This document shows positions 1 to 10,163 of a stretch of DNA of 64,000 nucleotides, in pieces (position 1 is the stretch's first letter; each line of letters starts with the position of its first letter). The notes beneath the pieces were generated by a model that was not told where the DNA came from, did no database searches, and saw nothing but the letters and a program-made list of their open reading frames with translations. The DNA is taken from NCBI GenBank assembly GCA_038248345.1, contig JBBRXO010000002.1:22681-86680 (forward strand), read 5' to 3'. This DNA is from Armatimonadota bacterium. GTDB lineage: Bacteria > Armatimonadota > Hebobacteria > CAIYQO01. Made by a program: the position numbers and the translations under genes.

Positions 1-331
1 CAGGCTCCAACATCGGAGTATAGACACTTAGATCACCGTCGATGCGGAAGGAATAAGACTGCCCCGGCTGGGCTTTGGCTAGATTAACATCACCCTTTAT
101 GAAGCGACGCCCATCGATGGTAGTCTCGTAATGATTAATTTGTGCGTCAATGGGATTGACGAACTGCACGGCCACCGGAAAGGCCGAAGTGGAGATGGGA
201 TTATTGGGCAACGGCAGTAATAACTGCATTTGCATGCCACCATCTTGTGCCTGCACCGGAACGACCACGGCTAATAACGTGAGCGCGAGGGCAACTACAA
301 ACAACCCGAACTGAGATCGACTTCCCATCAT
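1..331 (-). CDS. Secreted hypothetical protein (N-terminal part; runs off window start)
   Basis: Manual translation MMGSRSQFGLFVVALALTLLAVVVPVQAQDGG...; signal-peptide-like N-terminus ending VQA; GGAGG RBS at 336-340; open to the window edge. Confidence 0.75.
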   Translation of the reverse strand, partial: MMGSRSQFGLFVVALALTLLAVVVPVQAQDGGMQMQLLLPLPNNPISTSAFPVAVQFVNPIDAQINHYETTIDGRRFIKGDVNLAKAQPGQSYSFRIDGDLSVYTPMLEP

Positions 332-500
332 AATTCCTCCTGGCGGCGCGGCTTACACCTGCGATCTATGACGTCTATTTTCCGACTCATAGCGGTTTGC
401 CGATCCACTGGTTGTACACTATTGTTTAAATTATCATAAGAACGGGTCTAAGTCAATATCTTTTTCAATGTTTGAGAAAATAGACAAGTCTTCATTTTTT

Positions 501-611
501 GTTGGGGCACATGGCATGTGCCCTCTATACGGGATATGGGATTATATGACCAATTGTAAGGTATGATTACGACATGGGCACAAGCCTTTTGCCCCTATAA
601 TCGGGTTGTTG
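501..611 (+). repeat. REP doublet (REPIN-like), family A
   Basis: GGGCACA-TGGCA-TGTGCCC ... GGGCACA-AGCCT-TTTGCCC; close copy at 27291-27397, inverted copy at 3688-3786. Confidence 0.85.
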
Positions 612-681
612 TTTGCTTGCCGCTCAATTTTTCGGCTTACAATTATGTACAGATTCTCTGCGTGCCGATATTTCAACCCCA

Positions 682-1785
682 CTACCCCAGCACCTTCTCC
701 AACGCGGCAACGAATTTTTTATTTTCCGCTTCCGTCCCGAAGGTCACCCTGATCATTGTCGGGTAGCCGAAGATGTCGCCAGTGCGTACGATCACTCCCT
801 GTTTCAGCAACTGCTGGAACACCTCACGGCACGGTTTGCCGGTATCTACCAGCACAAAGTTGGCCTCACTGGGGACGTAGGTAAGACCCAGCCGATCAAA
901 CGCGCCATAGAGCAGCACCTTGCCCGCTTCGTTGGCGGCGATACTACGCGGGATCTGCTCGGGATCGTTGAGGCTGGCGATGGCCGCCCACTGCGCCAGA
1001 TTCGCCACGTTGAATGGCTCGCGCACCTGGTTCAACGCCGTCATCACCTCCGGGCGGCTACTCACTCCATAGCCGACGCGCAAACCTGCGAGGGCGTAGA
1101 TCTTCGAAAAGGTGTGCAACACGATGACGTTTTTGCCCGCCTTCACATACTCCATCGCCGAACCAAAGGCCGGGTTGGTCGCATACTGATAATATGCCTC
1201 GTCCAGCACCACCAGCACGTGCTCCGGCACGCGTGCAATGAAGGAATCCACTTCCGCCTTAGTATTCACCGCTCCAGTGGGGTTGTGCGGGTTGGCGATA
1301 TACAACAGTTTTGTGTTGGGGGTGATCGCTGCCAGCATCCCCTCCAGATCATGAGCGAAATCAGCGCGCAGCTCCACCTTCACCGGGACAGCGCCCATCA
1401 ATAAGGTGCTGATCTCGTACATACTGAAAGGCGGGTCGCCCATCACCACTTCGTCGCCCGGCTCCAGATAGGCAGTGGCGAGGAAATGCATTACCTCGTC
1501 GCTGCCGCGTCCGGCGATTATCTGCCCGGCTTCCACGCCGAGAGTAGCCGCCAGTGCTGTGCGTAATTCAAAGCTATCGTTATCGGGATAGAGGCGGACA
1601 TCACGCAGGTGCTCCTGCATCGCCGCAACTGCCAGCGGTGACGGCCCCAGCGGGTTCTCGTTCGACGCCAGTTTGATGATCGACTTCGGATCCAGTCCCA
1701 ACTCACGTGCCACTTCCTCAATCGGCTTCCCCGGCGAATACGGCGTAATCGCGTCAATAGCTGCTCTGTATGATGTCTTACTCAT
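682..1785 (-). CDS. hisC: Histidinol-phosphate aminotransferase
   Basis: KLASNENP, NPHNPTG, DEAY, TFSKIYALAGLRVGY motifs. Confidence 0.95.
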   Translation of the reverse strand: MSKTSYRAAIDAITPYSPGKPIEEVARELGLDPKSIIKLASNENPLGPSPLAVAAMQEHLRDVRLYPDNDSFELRTALAATLGVEAGQIIAGRGSDEVMHFLATAYLEPGDEVVMGDPPFSMYEISTLLMGAVPVKVELRADFAHDLEGMLAAITPNTKLLYIANPHNPTGAVNTKAEVDSFIARVPEHVLVVLDEAYYQYATNPAFGSAMEYVKAGKNVIVLHTFSKIYALAGLRVGYGVSSRPEVMTALNQVREPFNVANLAQWAAIASLNDPEQIPRSIAANEAGKVLLYGAFDRLGLTYVPSEANFVLVDTGKPCREVFQQLLKQGVIVRTGDIFGYPTMIRVTFGTEAENKKFVAALEKVLG

Positions 1786-1890
1786 TGGTTCTCCTATCGC
1801 ATAACTCTTTGCACTATTTTATCTCTTTCTCCTTTTAGAAGCAAACCATAAGGTCTGGTCAATCATTCAATAAAATGCTCTCTGTGCTTC

Positions 1891-1985
1891 TAATTCACAG
1901 GATTTCAGGATACGACAAAGATATCAAGGATAAAATATATATCTTATCCTTCCAATACACACTATCCTGTATATCCTGTGAATTA
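1891..1985. repeat. Long imperfect inverted repeat with GGAT/ATCC periodicity (family F)
   Basis: TAATTCACAGGATTTCAGGATA ... TATCCTGTATATCCTGTGAATTA; related copy at 58044-58157. Confidence 0.8.
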
Positions 1986-2139
1986 AAACTATACAATCAA
2001 CTGCTACGTAACAAACATTTAACAATTCGACACATCCCGGCAATCTGCGTACACAGCCGCGCAACATTGAGTGGATATCATATAAACGTAACCTTCACAC
2101 TTGCGTGGAGATATTGTATCCAGAAAGGGAGGAGTAACG

Positions 2140-3666
2140 ATGAAAAAGATGAGAGAACACCTTGAAGGTATCTCGATGTGGCGACTGGCAATTCTGGTCG
2201 CTATGCTGCTGACGCTGGGCGCGGTAGCGATGGCACAGGGGGCAGGCGCTGATGTGCTGCCTATGGATGCGCAAGCCATTACCGATGCTGTAAAAGATGC
2301 GAAGTCCGCTGGTGTTTCAGCGGGAGATACCGCGTGGATGCTCATGGCCACCGCGCTGGTACTCCTCATGACTCCGGGGCTGGCGCTCTTCTACGCAGGT
2401 ATGGTACGCCGCAAGAATGCACTCGGAACTATCATGCAAAGCTTTATGGCCATGGCAGTCATCAGCATTCAATGGGTATTGATCGGCTACACGCTGGCCT
2501 TTGGCCCCACCATTAACGGGTGGATCGGCGGCATGTCGTGGGCAGGTTTGAACGGCGTCACCGGCGTGCCCAATGCCGATTATGCGGCGACCATTCCGCA
2601 CTTGGTCTTTATGGCGTTCCAAATGATGTTCGCCATCATCACCCCGGCGCTCATCTTCGGCGCAGTGGCAGAACGTATGAAGTTCAAGGCTTTCATAATC
2701 TTCCTGCTGCTCTGGGCGACCATTATCTATGATCCGCTGGCACACTGGGTATGGGGCTTCAACGGCTTGTTGCGCCCTGGGCAATTATTCGCCCAACTTG
2801 GCTTCGGCAGTGGCGCCATGGCTTTGGACTTCGCTGGTGGTCTAGTAGTGCACATCTCGGCTGGTATCACCGCACTGGTGGCAGCGCTGGTACTCGGCAA
2901 GCGCCGCGGCTATCCGCATGAACCAATGCCACCGCACAACCTGCCCATGACCGTTCTCGGCGCTGCTCTCTTATGGTTCGGTTGGTTCGGCTTCAATGCC
3001 GGCTCTGCTCTGGGAGCCAATGGATTGGCGGGCTACGCCTTCGTCAACACCAATACCGCCACTGCCGCTGCAGTACTGGCCTGGGTATTTATCGAATGGA
3101 TGCACCATGGCAAGCCGACTGTCCTCGGTGCGGCCTCCGGCGCGGTGGCTGGCCTGGTCGCCATTACCCCTGCTGCTGGCTTTATTCAACCGTGGGCGGC
3201 CATCCTTATCGGCCTGGCGGCTGGTGGTATCTGTTACGGAGCCGTCAATCTGCGCTTCAAGCTCGGATACGATGACAGCCTCGACGCTTTTGGCGTACAC
3301 GGCATCGGTGGTATGCTCGGCGCTATTCTCACCGGTGTCTTCGCCACCACCGCAGTCAACCCGGCGGGCGCCAACGGACTGCTCTACGGCAACCCGGCGC
3401 AATTGGGAATCCAATTGTTATCGGTTTTGATCTCGGTAGTATTCTGCGGCGTGGGCGCATTCCTGCTGCTCAAGCTTACCAGTCTGGTCACCGGCGGCCT
3501 GCGCCTCTCCAAGGCCGAGGAAGCCGAAGGTATGGATATCAGCGAACACGGCGAGAATGGCTACAACCTGGGCGACATCCCACTGGGACACGGCGGCAGC
3601 CCCGCCCCGGTAGGCCATCACCCCGCCCCCATTCCCTCGCTGGCAGCAGCGAAGGCCATGGAGTAA
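2140..3666 (+). CDS. amtB: Ammonium transporter
   Basis: GDTAWML, FQMMFAIITPALI, DFAGGLVVH, WFGWFGFNAGS, DDSLDAFGVHG; GGAGGAG RBS before ATG 2140. Confidence 0.97.
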   Translation: MKKMREHLEGISMWRLAILVAMLLTLGAVAMAQGAGADVLPMDAQAITDAVKDAKSAGVSAGDTAWMLMATALVLLMTPGLALFYAGMVRRKNALGTIMQSFMAMAVISIQWVLIGYTLAFGPTINGWIGGMSWAGLNGVTGVPNADYAATIPHLVFMAFQMMFAIITPALIFGAVAERMKFKAFIIFLLLWATIIYDPLAHWVWGFNGLLRPGQLFAQLGFGSGAMALDFAGGLVVHISAGITALVAALVLGKRRGYPHEPMPPHNLPMTVLGAALLWFGWFGFNAGSALGANGLAGYAFVNTNTATAAAVLAWVFIEWMHHGKPTVLGAASGAVAGLVAITPAAGFIQPWAAILIGLAAGGICYGAVNLRFKLGYDDSLDAFGVHGIGGMLGAILTGVFATTAVNPAGANGLLYGNPAQLGIQLLSVLISVVFCGVGAFLLLKLTSLVTGGLRLSKAEEAEGMDISEHGENGYNLGDIPLGHGGSPAPVGHHPAPIPSLAAAKAME

Positions 3667-3687
3667 CCGGGGGAACCAAAAGGACGT

Positions 3688-4144
<457 letters not shown>

Positions 4145-4167
4145 CGAACAACTGAATACGGTCTGAA

Positions 4168-4206
4168 CAGCAGGGTCTACTCCATCGGGGTAGGCCCTGC
4201 TGGTTT
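4168..4206 (+). terminator. Probable terminator hairpin after glnK
   Basis: CAGCAGGGTCTACTCC-ATC-GGGGTAGGCCCTGCTG followed by GTTT. Confidence 0.6.
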
Positions 4207-4215
4207 GATGAACCC

Positions 4216-4301
4216 CTGAGAACGCCAATCTCCGCATTGGCCCGTAGCCCGCGCCCGCCGTGGCGCGTGTCAAGTTGCACGCAGGATGCGTGCGCTCCCA
4301 G
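4216..4301. repeat. Nested REP cluster (CTGGGAGCGC-type inverted pair enclosing a GTAG REP)
   Basis: GCCAAT..ATTGGC hairpin; GTAGCCCGCGCCCGCCGTGGCGCG (also at 45269-45293 on minus strand); GCACGCAGGATGCGTGC hairpin. Confidence 0.65.
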
Positions 4302-4322
4302 CAACCTACCTCCCACCTCCAG

Positions 4323-4352
4323 TTGACGTCACCCCCTCATTACCCGCATAAT
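4323..4352 (+). promoter_or_regulatory. sigma70-like promoter of iorAB
   Basis: TTGACG-N18-CATAAT. Confidence 0.5.
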
Positions 4353-4369
4353 TTACCGGGGGACTTATT

Positions 4370-6118
4370 GTGGATTTAATATTGACGGGGAATCAGGCTA
4401 TTGCGCGTGCTGCACGCGATGCGGGGGTGGCGTTGGGGGTCGGGTATCCGGGCACGCCCTCTACTGAGGTTTTGGAGACGCTGGTGACACTGGAGGGTGG
4501 ACACGCGCAGTGGGCACCCAATGAGAAGGTGGCGCTGGAGGTGGGCATCGGGGTATCCTTCGGCGGGGCGCGCGCGCTGGTGACGATGAAGCATGTGGGC
4601 GTGAATGTCGCCGCGGACCCGCTTTTCACCGCTGCCTACACGGGCGTTGCCGGTGGACTGGTGGTGATGGCCGCCGATGACCCCGGCATGCACTCCTCGC
4701 AGAATGAGCAGGACAGCCGCCACTTCGCCCGCGCGGCCAAGCTGCCGATGCTGGAGCCGTCGGACTCGCAGGAGGCCTACGATTTCACCCGCCTGGCTTT
4801 CCAGCTCTCCGAAGAGTACGACACCCCGATAATGCTGCGCACCACCACACGCCTCTCGCACGGCAAAAGCACCGTCCACGAGGCACCCGCGGAGACTGAC
4901 CTGCCGGCACCGGTAGCGCCGCAGAACCCGCAGAAATACGTGATGGTCCCCGGCTTTGCCCGCGCCCGCCACCTGGTGGTGGAAGACCGGCAGGTGCGTA
5001 TCCAGGAATGGGCGGAGAGCGCGGATATCACCAAAACCGAATACCGCGATAAAAAGATCGGCATCATCACCAGCGGCGTCACCTACCAGTACGTGCGCGA
5101 TGTCGCCCCGGAGGCGAGTACGCTGAAGCTGGGCATGGTGAACCCGCTGCCGATGGCGGCAATTATCGCTTTTGCCAAAGAGATTGAAACCTTATATGTA
5201 GTAGAGGAGCTGGACCCGATTATTGAAGAACAGGTACGCGCTGCCGGTATCACTGTCATCGGCAAGGCGAACTTCCCCATCTTCGGCGAGCTGCTCCCCG
5301 GCATTATTGCCAAAGGCTTGGGGCTAGAAGTGAAACCCTCTGCTACTGCCACCTCTGGTCTGCCCACGCGCCCGCCCAGCCTCTGCCCCGGCTGCCCGCA
5401 TCGTGGCGTTTTCCTGCTGTTAAAGAAAAACGGGCTGACGGTGAGTGGTGACATCGGTTGCTATACGCTGGGCGTCTTCGCCCCTCTCAATGCCATGGAC
5501 ACCTGCGTCTGCATGGGCGCATCGGTCGGCGTGGCGCATGGGCTGGAGCGCGCGGGGCTGGATCCCGCGAAAATCGTTGGCGTCATCGGCGATAGCACTT
5601 TCCTGCATAGCGGCATCACCGGCGTGCTGGATATGGTGTACAACGGCTCCCACGGCACTATCATGATCCTGGACAATAGCATCACCGCCATGACGGGGCG
5701 GCAGCAGCATCCAGGCACCGGCAAGACCCTCGACGGCATGCCCGCCCCCTCTGTTGACCTGGAAGGCCTACTGAAATCCCTCGGTGTACAGGATGTGACA
5801 GTGCTCGACCCCTACGATTTAGCCAACACCGAGGCAGAGCTTAAGCGCGCGCTGGCCTATCCCGGTGTCTCGGTAATCATCGCCCGTCGTCCGTGTATGC
5901 TCATCCCGCATGAGATTCGGCCCAAGCTCACGGTAGACGCCGACCTCTGCAAGCGCTGCGGCAAGTGCCTACGCCTGGGGTGCCCGGCCACCGGCAAAAT
6001 AGCCGAGGAGTACAACGGCAAAACCCGCTACCTGCCGGTAATTGACGCGCAACTCTGCAACGGTTGCGGCGTCTGTGCGCAACTGTGCGCCTTTGGGGCG
6101 TTGAAGGTAAAGGAATAA
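4370..6118 (+). CDS. iorA: Indolepyruvate:ferredoxin oxidoreductase alpha subunit
   Basis: GYPGTPSTE, MKHVGVNVAADP, SSQNEQD, RPPSLCPGCPH, GDIGCYTL, C-terminal 2x[4Fe-4S] Cys motifs. Confidence 0.95.
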   Translation: MDLILTGNQAIARAARDAGVALGVGYPGTPSTEVLETLVTLEGGHAQWAPNEKVALEVGIGVSFGGARALVTMKHVGVNVAADPLFTAAYTGVAGGLVVMAADDPGMHSSQNEQDSRHFARAAKLPMLEPSDSQEAYDFTRLAFQLSEEYDTPIMLRTTTRLSHGKSTVHEAPAETDLPAPVAPQNPQKYVMVPGFARARHLVVEDRQVRIQEWAESADITKTEYRDKKIGIITSGVTYQYVRDVAPEASTLKLGMVNPLPMAAIIAFAKEIETLYVVEELDPIIEEQVRAAGITVIGKANFPIFGELLPGIIAKGLGLEVKPSATATSGLPTRPPSLCPGCPHRGVFLLLKKNGLTVSGDIGCYTLGVFAPLNAMDTCVCMGASVGVAHGLERAGLDPAKIVGVIGDSTFLHSGITGVLDMVYNGSHGTIMILDNSITAMTGRQQHPGTGKTLDGMPAPSVDLEGLLKSLGVQDVTVLDPYDLANTEAELKRALAYPGVSVIIARRPCMLIPHEIRPKLTVDADLCKRCGKCLRLGCPATGKIAEEYNGKTRYLPVIDAQLCNGCGVCAQLCAFGALKVKE

Positions 6119-6121
6119 ATC

Positions 6122-6712
6122 ATGCCATTAACAACGAACATCTTGATAGTAGGCGTAGGCGGGCAGGGGATTGTGCTGGCCGGGGATGTCATCGGGCTGG
6201 CGGCGCGGCTGAGTGGGTTGGAGGCGAAAGCTTCCGAGATTCACGGTATGTCGCAACGCGGCGGGTCGGTGGTCTCCGAGGTGCGCTATGGGATACATGT
6301 CTCCTCGCCGCTGATTCCCCCGCCCGGCGCCAACTTTGTGCTGGCTTTCGAGATGCTGGAGGCGCTGCGCGGGCTGGAGCGGATGCGCCCCGGCGGGCTG
6401 GTTATCGCCAACCGGCAGCGCATCACCCCGGCGTCGGTCACCTACGGCAGCGCCGTCTACCCGGAGGACGCCGAGGAGCAACTGCTGGCCGCCTGCCCCA
6501 AAGCGGTGATCATCGACGCACTGGCGGAGGCGCAAGCCGCGGGCAACGCGCGCGCCGTAAATAGCGTACTGCTGGGGATGCTGGCGCACCACACGGCACT
6601 ACCGCGCCAGAACTGGGAAACAGCGCTGGCGCAGACCGTGAAGCCACAGTATGTAGAGGTAAACCTCGCCGCTTTCGCGCGCGGGTATGAGCGGGCGGAG
6701 CGTAATGTATAG
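6122..6712 (+). CDS. iorB: Indolepyruvate:ferredoxin oxidoreductase beta subunit
   Basis: GVGGQG, EIHGMSQRGGSV; adjacent to iorA. Confidence 0.95.
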   Translation: MPLTTNILIVGVGGQGIVLAGDVIGLAARLSGLEAKASEIHGMSQRGGSVVSEVRYGIHVSSPLIPPPGANFVLAFEMLEALRGLERMRPGGLVIANRQRITPASVTYGSAVYPEDAEEQLLAACPKAVIIDALAEAQAAGNARAVNSVLLGMLAHHTALPRQNWETALAQTVKPQYVEVNLAAFARGYERAERNV

Positions 6713-6847
6713 TGCATAACAGACCCAACTACCGCTATGCGGTAGTTGGGTTCACTGCACATAGCGATGATTTTTTGCCATTTCCTCCACAAACTTTTAA
6801 ATACCGTGATATAATATTGCATTAGTATCCTACCCGGGAGGTCTATC

Positions 6848-7624
6848 ATGCGATACAAGATATCCATGCCACGCGGCTTCGGCGTTGTAGAGGCGATTAT
6901 TGTCGTTGCTGCGTTGGTGATAGTAGCCGTTATCCTGTTCCCGGTATTAACGCCAAGCAATCAAAAAAATACCACGGCACTTCACTGCACGAATAACCAA
7001 CGCCAGATCGCCCTTGCATGGTCGGAGTATGTCCAACGACATGATGAAACCTTCCCTGATGCCAGTATTGCCTGGACCCTATTTAAAAAAGAAAATGCAC
7101 CAGTTTATAGATGCCCAGATCATAGTGCTGCAGTGAATGGATACGTGTTCAATGCGAGACTCAGCTAAAGAAAGCTGAGCGATCTTAGCTATCCCCTCTC
7201 AACCACTTGTTTCTTAACTGCTGACGGAAAAAGCAGTGAAATTTCTGGGACATACGCCAATGTAGCCTATGATCAAACGAATATTGATATGAAGCGGCAC
7301 AAACCTTATTTTTGTAGTAGCTTCTTAGATGGTCATGTAGAATATTTGAAGGGGAAGGATATCACCACCTGGCTCTCAGCAAAGAGCCAGCAATACACGT
7401 CGCAGACTTGCCCAGCCGGGGTGGCACAGCCGGTTACCACCACCTTCGCATCGGCAACCTGGGCTGTGACCAGTGGCGTGGTGGATGACGTGAGCGGGCT
7501 GCCGAAGGCGGATATGCTGGGTGGGGACGTGACCTTTAGCAAGGCGGGTAGCTATACCATTACCGCCACCGGGTCGGCGGTGGTTGCGCCACCTACTACG
7601 GTTTATGAGTTCAGGGTGAAGTAA
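6848..7624 (+). pseudogene. Prepilin-type N-terminal methylation / H-X9-DG protein interrupted by one in-frame TAA (7166-7168)
   Basis: G|FGVVE plus hydrophobic helix, CTNNQRQIALA..Y.Q.HDETFP, and H-KPYFCSSFL-DGH in the same frame after the stop. Confidence 0.8.
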
Positions 7625-7633
7625 GAAGTCCCC

Positions 7634-7814
7634 GTAGCATGGGCGTCCCACCCATGAGAACGGGGATTAACACCACGCGCTAAAGCACGTGGCTATAAGA
7701 TCATGCATCCTGAAGGGCGCTGGACATTCGATTCCGAAAAGTCCGCGAAGGCGAACGAACGGCGCGTAGCGCCCTGCAGCCGGGATTTCAATCCCAGCGG
7801 AAAGAGGTTTTGCA
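7634..7814 (+). repeat. Composite multi-hairpin element, copy 1 (modules B-C-E)
   Basis: Collinear with the reverse complement of 15757-15946 and 25271-25409. Confidence 0.85.
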
Positions 7815-7839
7815 TTTACCTCAAATGTGGTATGGCAGG

Positions 7840-7924
7840 AATATCGTTTTTAGCGATAATCCGTCCTCCCTGGCCTGACCATGAACGACCAGGCGAACAG
7901 GAGGGACGCTAAAAAATCTATACT
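7840..7924. mobile_element. Small TIR-bounded MITE-like element
   Basis: ATATCGTTTTTAGCG ... CGCTAAAAAATCTATACT; internal CCTCCCTGGCCTGACCATGAACGACCAGGC matches 62041-62070 on minus strand. Confidence 0.65.
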
Positions 7925-8150
7925 TGGGGGAGGTATGGACAGTATCTCATATTGCTGATATTCTATCCTTATTATGTGGACGAGATATCTCTATATAATG
8001 TTATTGTTATATTTCTCTATGGGGTGAAAATCTGATGTCGCAGAAACCCTTAGCCCAGCCGTTCACGAATATGCGCCAGGCTATCGTATTGAACACTCGA
8101 AAACCAGCCTTGAAACTTGGGACTTAAAACTGTCTTGCAGGAGAAAAGCC

Positions 8151-9470
8151 ATGTCAAACACCGGCCATAGTTCAACCATTTACAACCCTCTATATGAATG
8201 CATGGAACGCGAGGAGATGCGGGCGCTGCAACTGCGCCGCATGAAGGACGTGGTCTCGCGCGTCTACAATCATATCCCGGCCTACCGCCAGAAATGCGAG
8301 GAGCTGGGCGTCACTCCGATGCACATGCAGACGCTGGCCGATATCGCTCACTTTCCCTTCACCATCAAGACAGACTTCCGCGATAATTACCCCTACGGCA
8401 TGTTCAGTGTGCCCATTGAGGAAGTAATCCGCATTCACATGTCCAGTGGCACCACCGGCAAACCCACAGTGGTAGGCTATACCAGGAACGACATCGACCT
8501 GTGGTCACAGGTGATCGCGCGTTCCCTCGGATGCGCAGGCGTCACCCGCAAAGACATCGTGCAAGTATGCTACGGCTACGGGCTTTTTACCGGTGGCCTG
8601 GGCATACATTACGGGGCGGAGTTGTACGGCGCCACCGTTATCCCGGTTTCGGGTGGTAACACTGCCCGCCAGGTGATGTTGATGGAGGATTTCGCCTCCA
8701 CCGTCATCGCCTCCACTCCCAGCTATGCGCTGTATCTGGCCGAGGTCGCCGCCGAAGCGGGGGTACTCGACAAGCTGAAACTACGCATCGGCATCTTCGG
8801 CGCCGAGCCGTGGTCAGAGGGGATGCGCCGGGAGCTGGAGAGCAAACTGAAGCTGAAGGCGCTGGATATTTACGGCATGTGCGAGCTGATAGGCCCGGGA
8901 GTGAGCAATGAATGCGAACACCAGCAGGGACTGCACATCTTCGAGGATCACTTCTACCCGGAGATCATCAACCCGGATACCGGTGAAGTACTCCCCGAAG
9001 GGAGCATCGGTGAGCTGGTGGTGACCACCATGACCAAAGAGGCGGTGCCCATCATCCGCTACCGCACGCGCGATATCACCTCGCTCAACTACGAGAAATG
9101 CTCCTGTGGCCGCACCATGGTGCGTATGGATCGCGTCACCGGGCGCAGCGATGATATGCTCATCATTCGCGGCGTCAACGTCTTCCCGTCGCAGATTGAG
9201 GATGTCTTAACAACCATCGAAGGAACCGCACCGCACTACCAGCTACATGTGCGTCGCGAAGGCAACCTGGATGAGATGGAGCTATGGGTAGAGGTAACCG
9301 AGGCGGTGCTCAACGACGAAATCCGCTCGCTGGAAACCCTCAGCCGTCGTATCGGCAACGCGCTACAAAGCGTCCTCAACGTCTCCTGCCGCATAAAACT
9401 GGTAGAGCCAAAGTCAATCCAGCGCAGCGAAGGCAAAGCGAAACACGTTATTGACCATCGCGTGCTGTAA
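8151..9470 (+). CDS. paaK: Phenylacetate--CoA ligase
   Basis: [47 protein letters not shown]. Confidence 0.93.
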   Translation: MSNTGHSSTIYNPLYECMEREEMRALQLRRMKDVVSRVYNHIPAYRQKCEELGVTPMHMQTLADIAHFPFTIKTDFRDNYPYGMFSVPIEEVIRIHMSSGTTGKPTVVGYTRNDIDLWSQVIARSLGCAGVTRKDIVQVCYGYGLFTGGLGIHYGAELYGATVIPVSGGNTARQVMLMEDFASTVIASTPSYALYLAEVAAEAGVLDKLKLRIGIFGAEPWSEGMRRELESKLKLKALDIYGMCELIGPGVSNECEHQQGLHIFEDHFYPEIINPDTGEVLPEGSIGELVVTTMTKEAVPIIRYRTRDITSLNYEKCSCGRTMVRMDRVTGRSDDMLIIRGVNVFPSQIEDVLTTIEGTAPHYQLHVRREGNLDEMELWVEVTEAVLNDEIRSLETLSRRIGNALQSVLNVSCRIKLVEPKSIQRSEGKAKHVIDHRVL

Positions 9471-9568
9471 ATCATGTTTGAAGGTTCGGAGACATGACCA
9501 CTTGAAATATACGGTAACAACCAGGGTAACAGCCATCGATAACCACCTCGTATGCGGGGTGGCATAAA

Positions 9569-10153
9569 GTGAGTCAGTTACTCTTCCCTTGCGCAGTTAT
9601 CATCTTTTTTGGCATCACCTTTTTTCTGCGTTGGCGTCGAAAACAAATAGAAGATGCTATGCGACGGGAAGATTATGCCAAATGCCAGCGTATTCTGGCG
9701 CGTGATCCACGCAACGCAGCGGCCTACGCTATGCTGGGGGAGTTACTGGAACGGGACGGCAAACCTGCAGAGGCGTTGAAGGCCTACGAGGCGTCGTTGG
9801 CTAACGACCCCAAACAAATAAATATGAATTACCGTGTGGAGTGCCTGCAGGATGAGCAGGCATTGCGGGAAAGTGGGCAAATACGGTGCCCGCTTTGCCG
9901 CACCATTCAGGTAAAAAGCCCCGGCAGATGCTGGCAATGCGGCACTGTGTTGCACATGCGCGGTGCCGTGCTGCAAAGCTTGGGGTATCGCGGTATTATT
10001 ATATTCGCTCTGCTGCTTATTTGCCTGGTTTCAGCATACGTTTTTGCTGCTCTGCATAAACCTGATCTGGCTTATGGAGCAATAGGCGGCTTTCTCTTCT
10101 GCATATTGGGGTTGATCATCAACCATAGATTTGGACGACGTAAAAACAATTAG
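9569..10153 (+). CDS. Membrane protein with TPR repeat and double zinc ribbon
   Basis: N-terminal TM, TPR-like DPRNAAAYAMLG..EALKAYEASL, CPLC..CWQCG, two C-terminal TMs. Confidence 0.7.
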   Translation: MSQLLFPCAVIIFFGITFFLRWRRKQIEDAMRREDYAKCQRILARDPRNAAAYAMLGELLERDGKPAEALKAYEASLANDPKQINMNYRVECLQDEQALRESGQIRCPLCRTIQVKSPGRCWQCGTVLHMRGAVLQSLGYRGIIIFALLLICLVSAYVFAALHKPDLAYGAIGGFLFCILGLIINHRFGRRKNN

Positions 10154-10163
10154 GAGGCTAGTT

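Noticed and set aside
6724..6751. ACCGC-NNN-GCGGT hairpins at 6724-6750 and ~31185-31213 as a further repeat family
   Set aside because: Only the central core is shared between two copies; they may simply be independent terminator-like stems
7166..7168. Selenocysteine or pyrrolysine recoding
   Set aside because: The codon is TAA, not TGA or TAG
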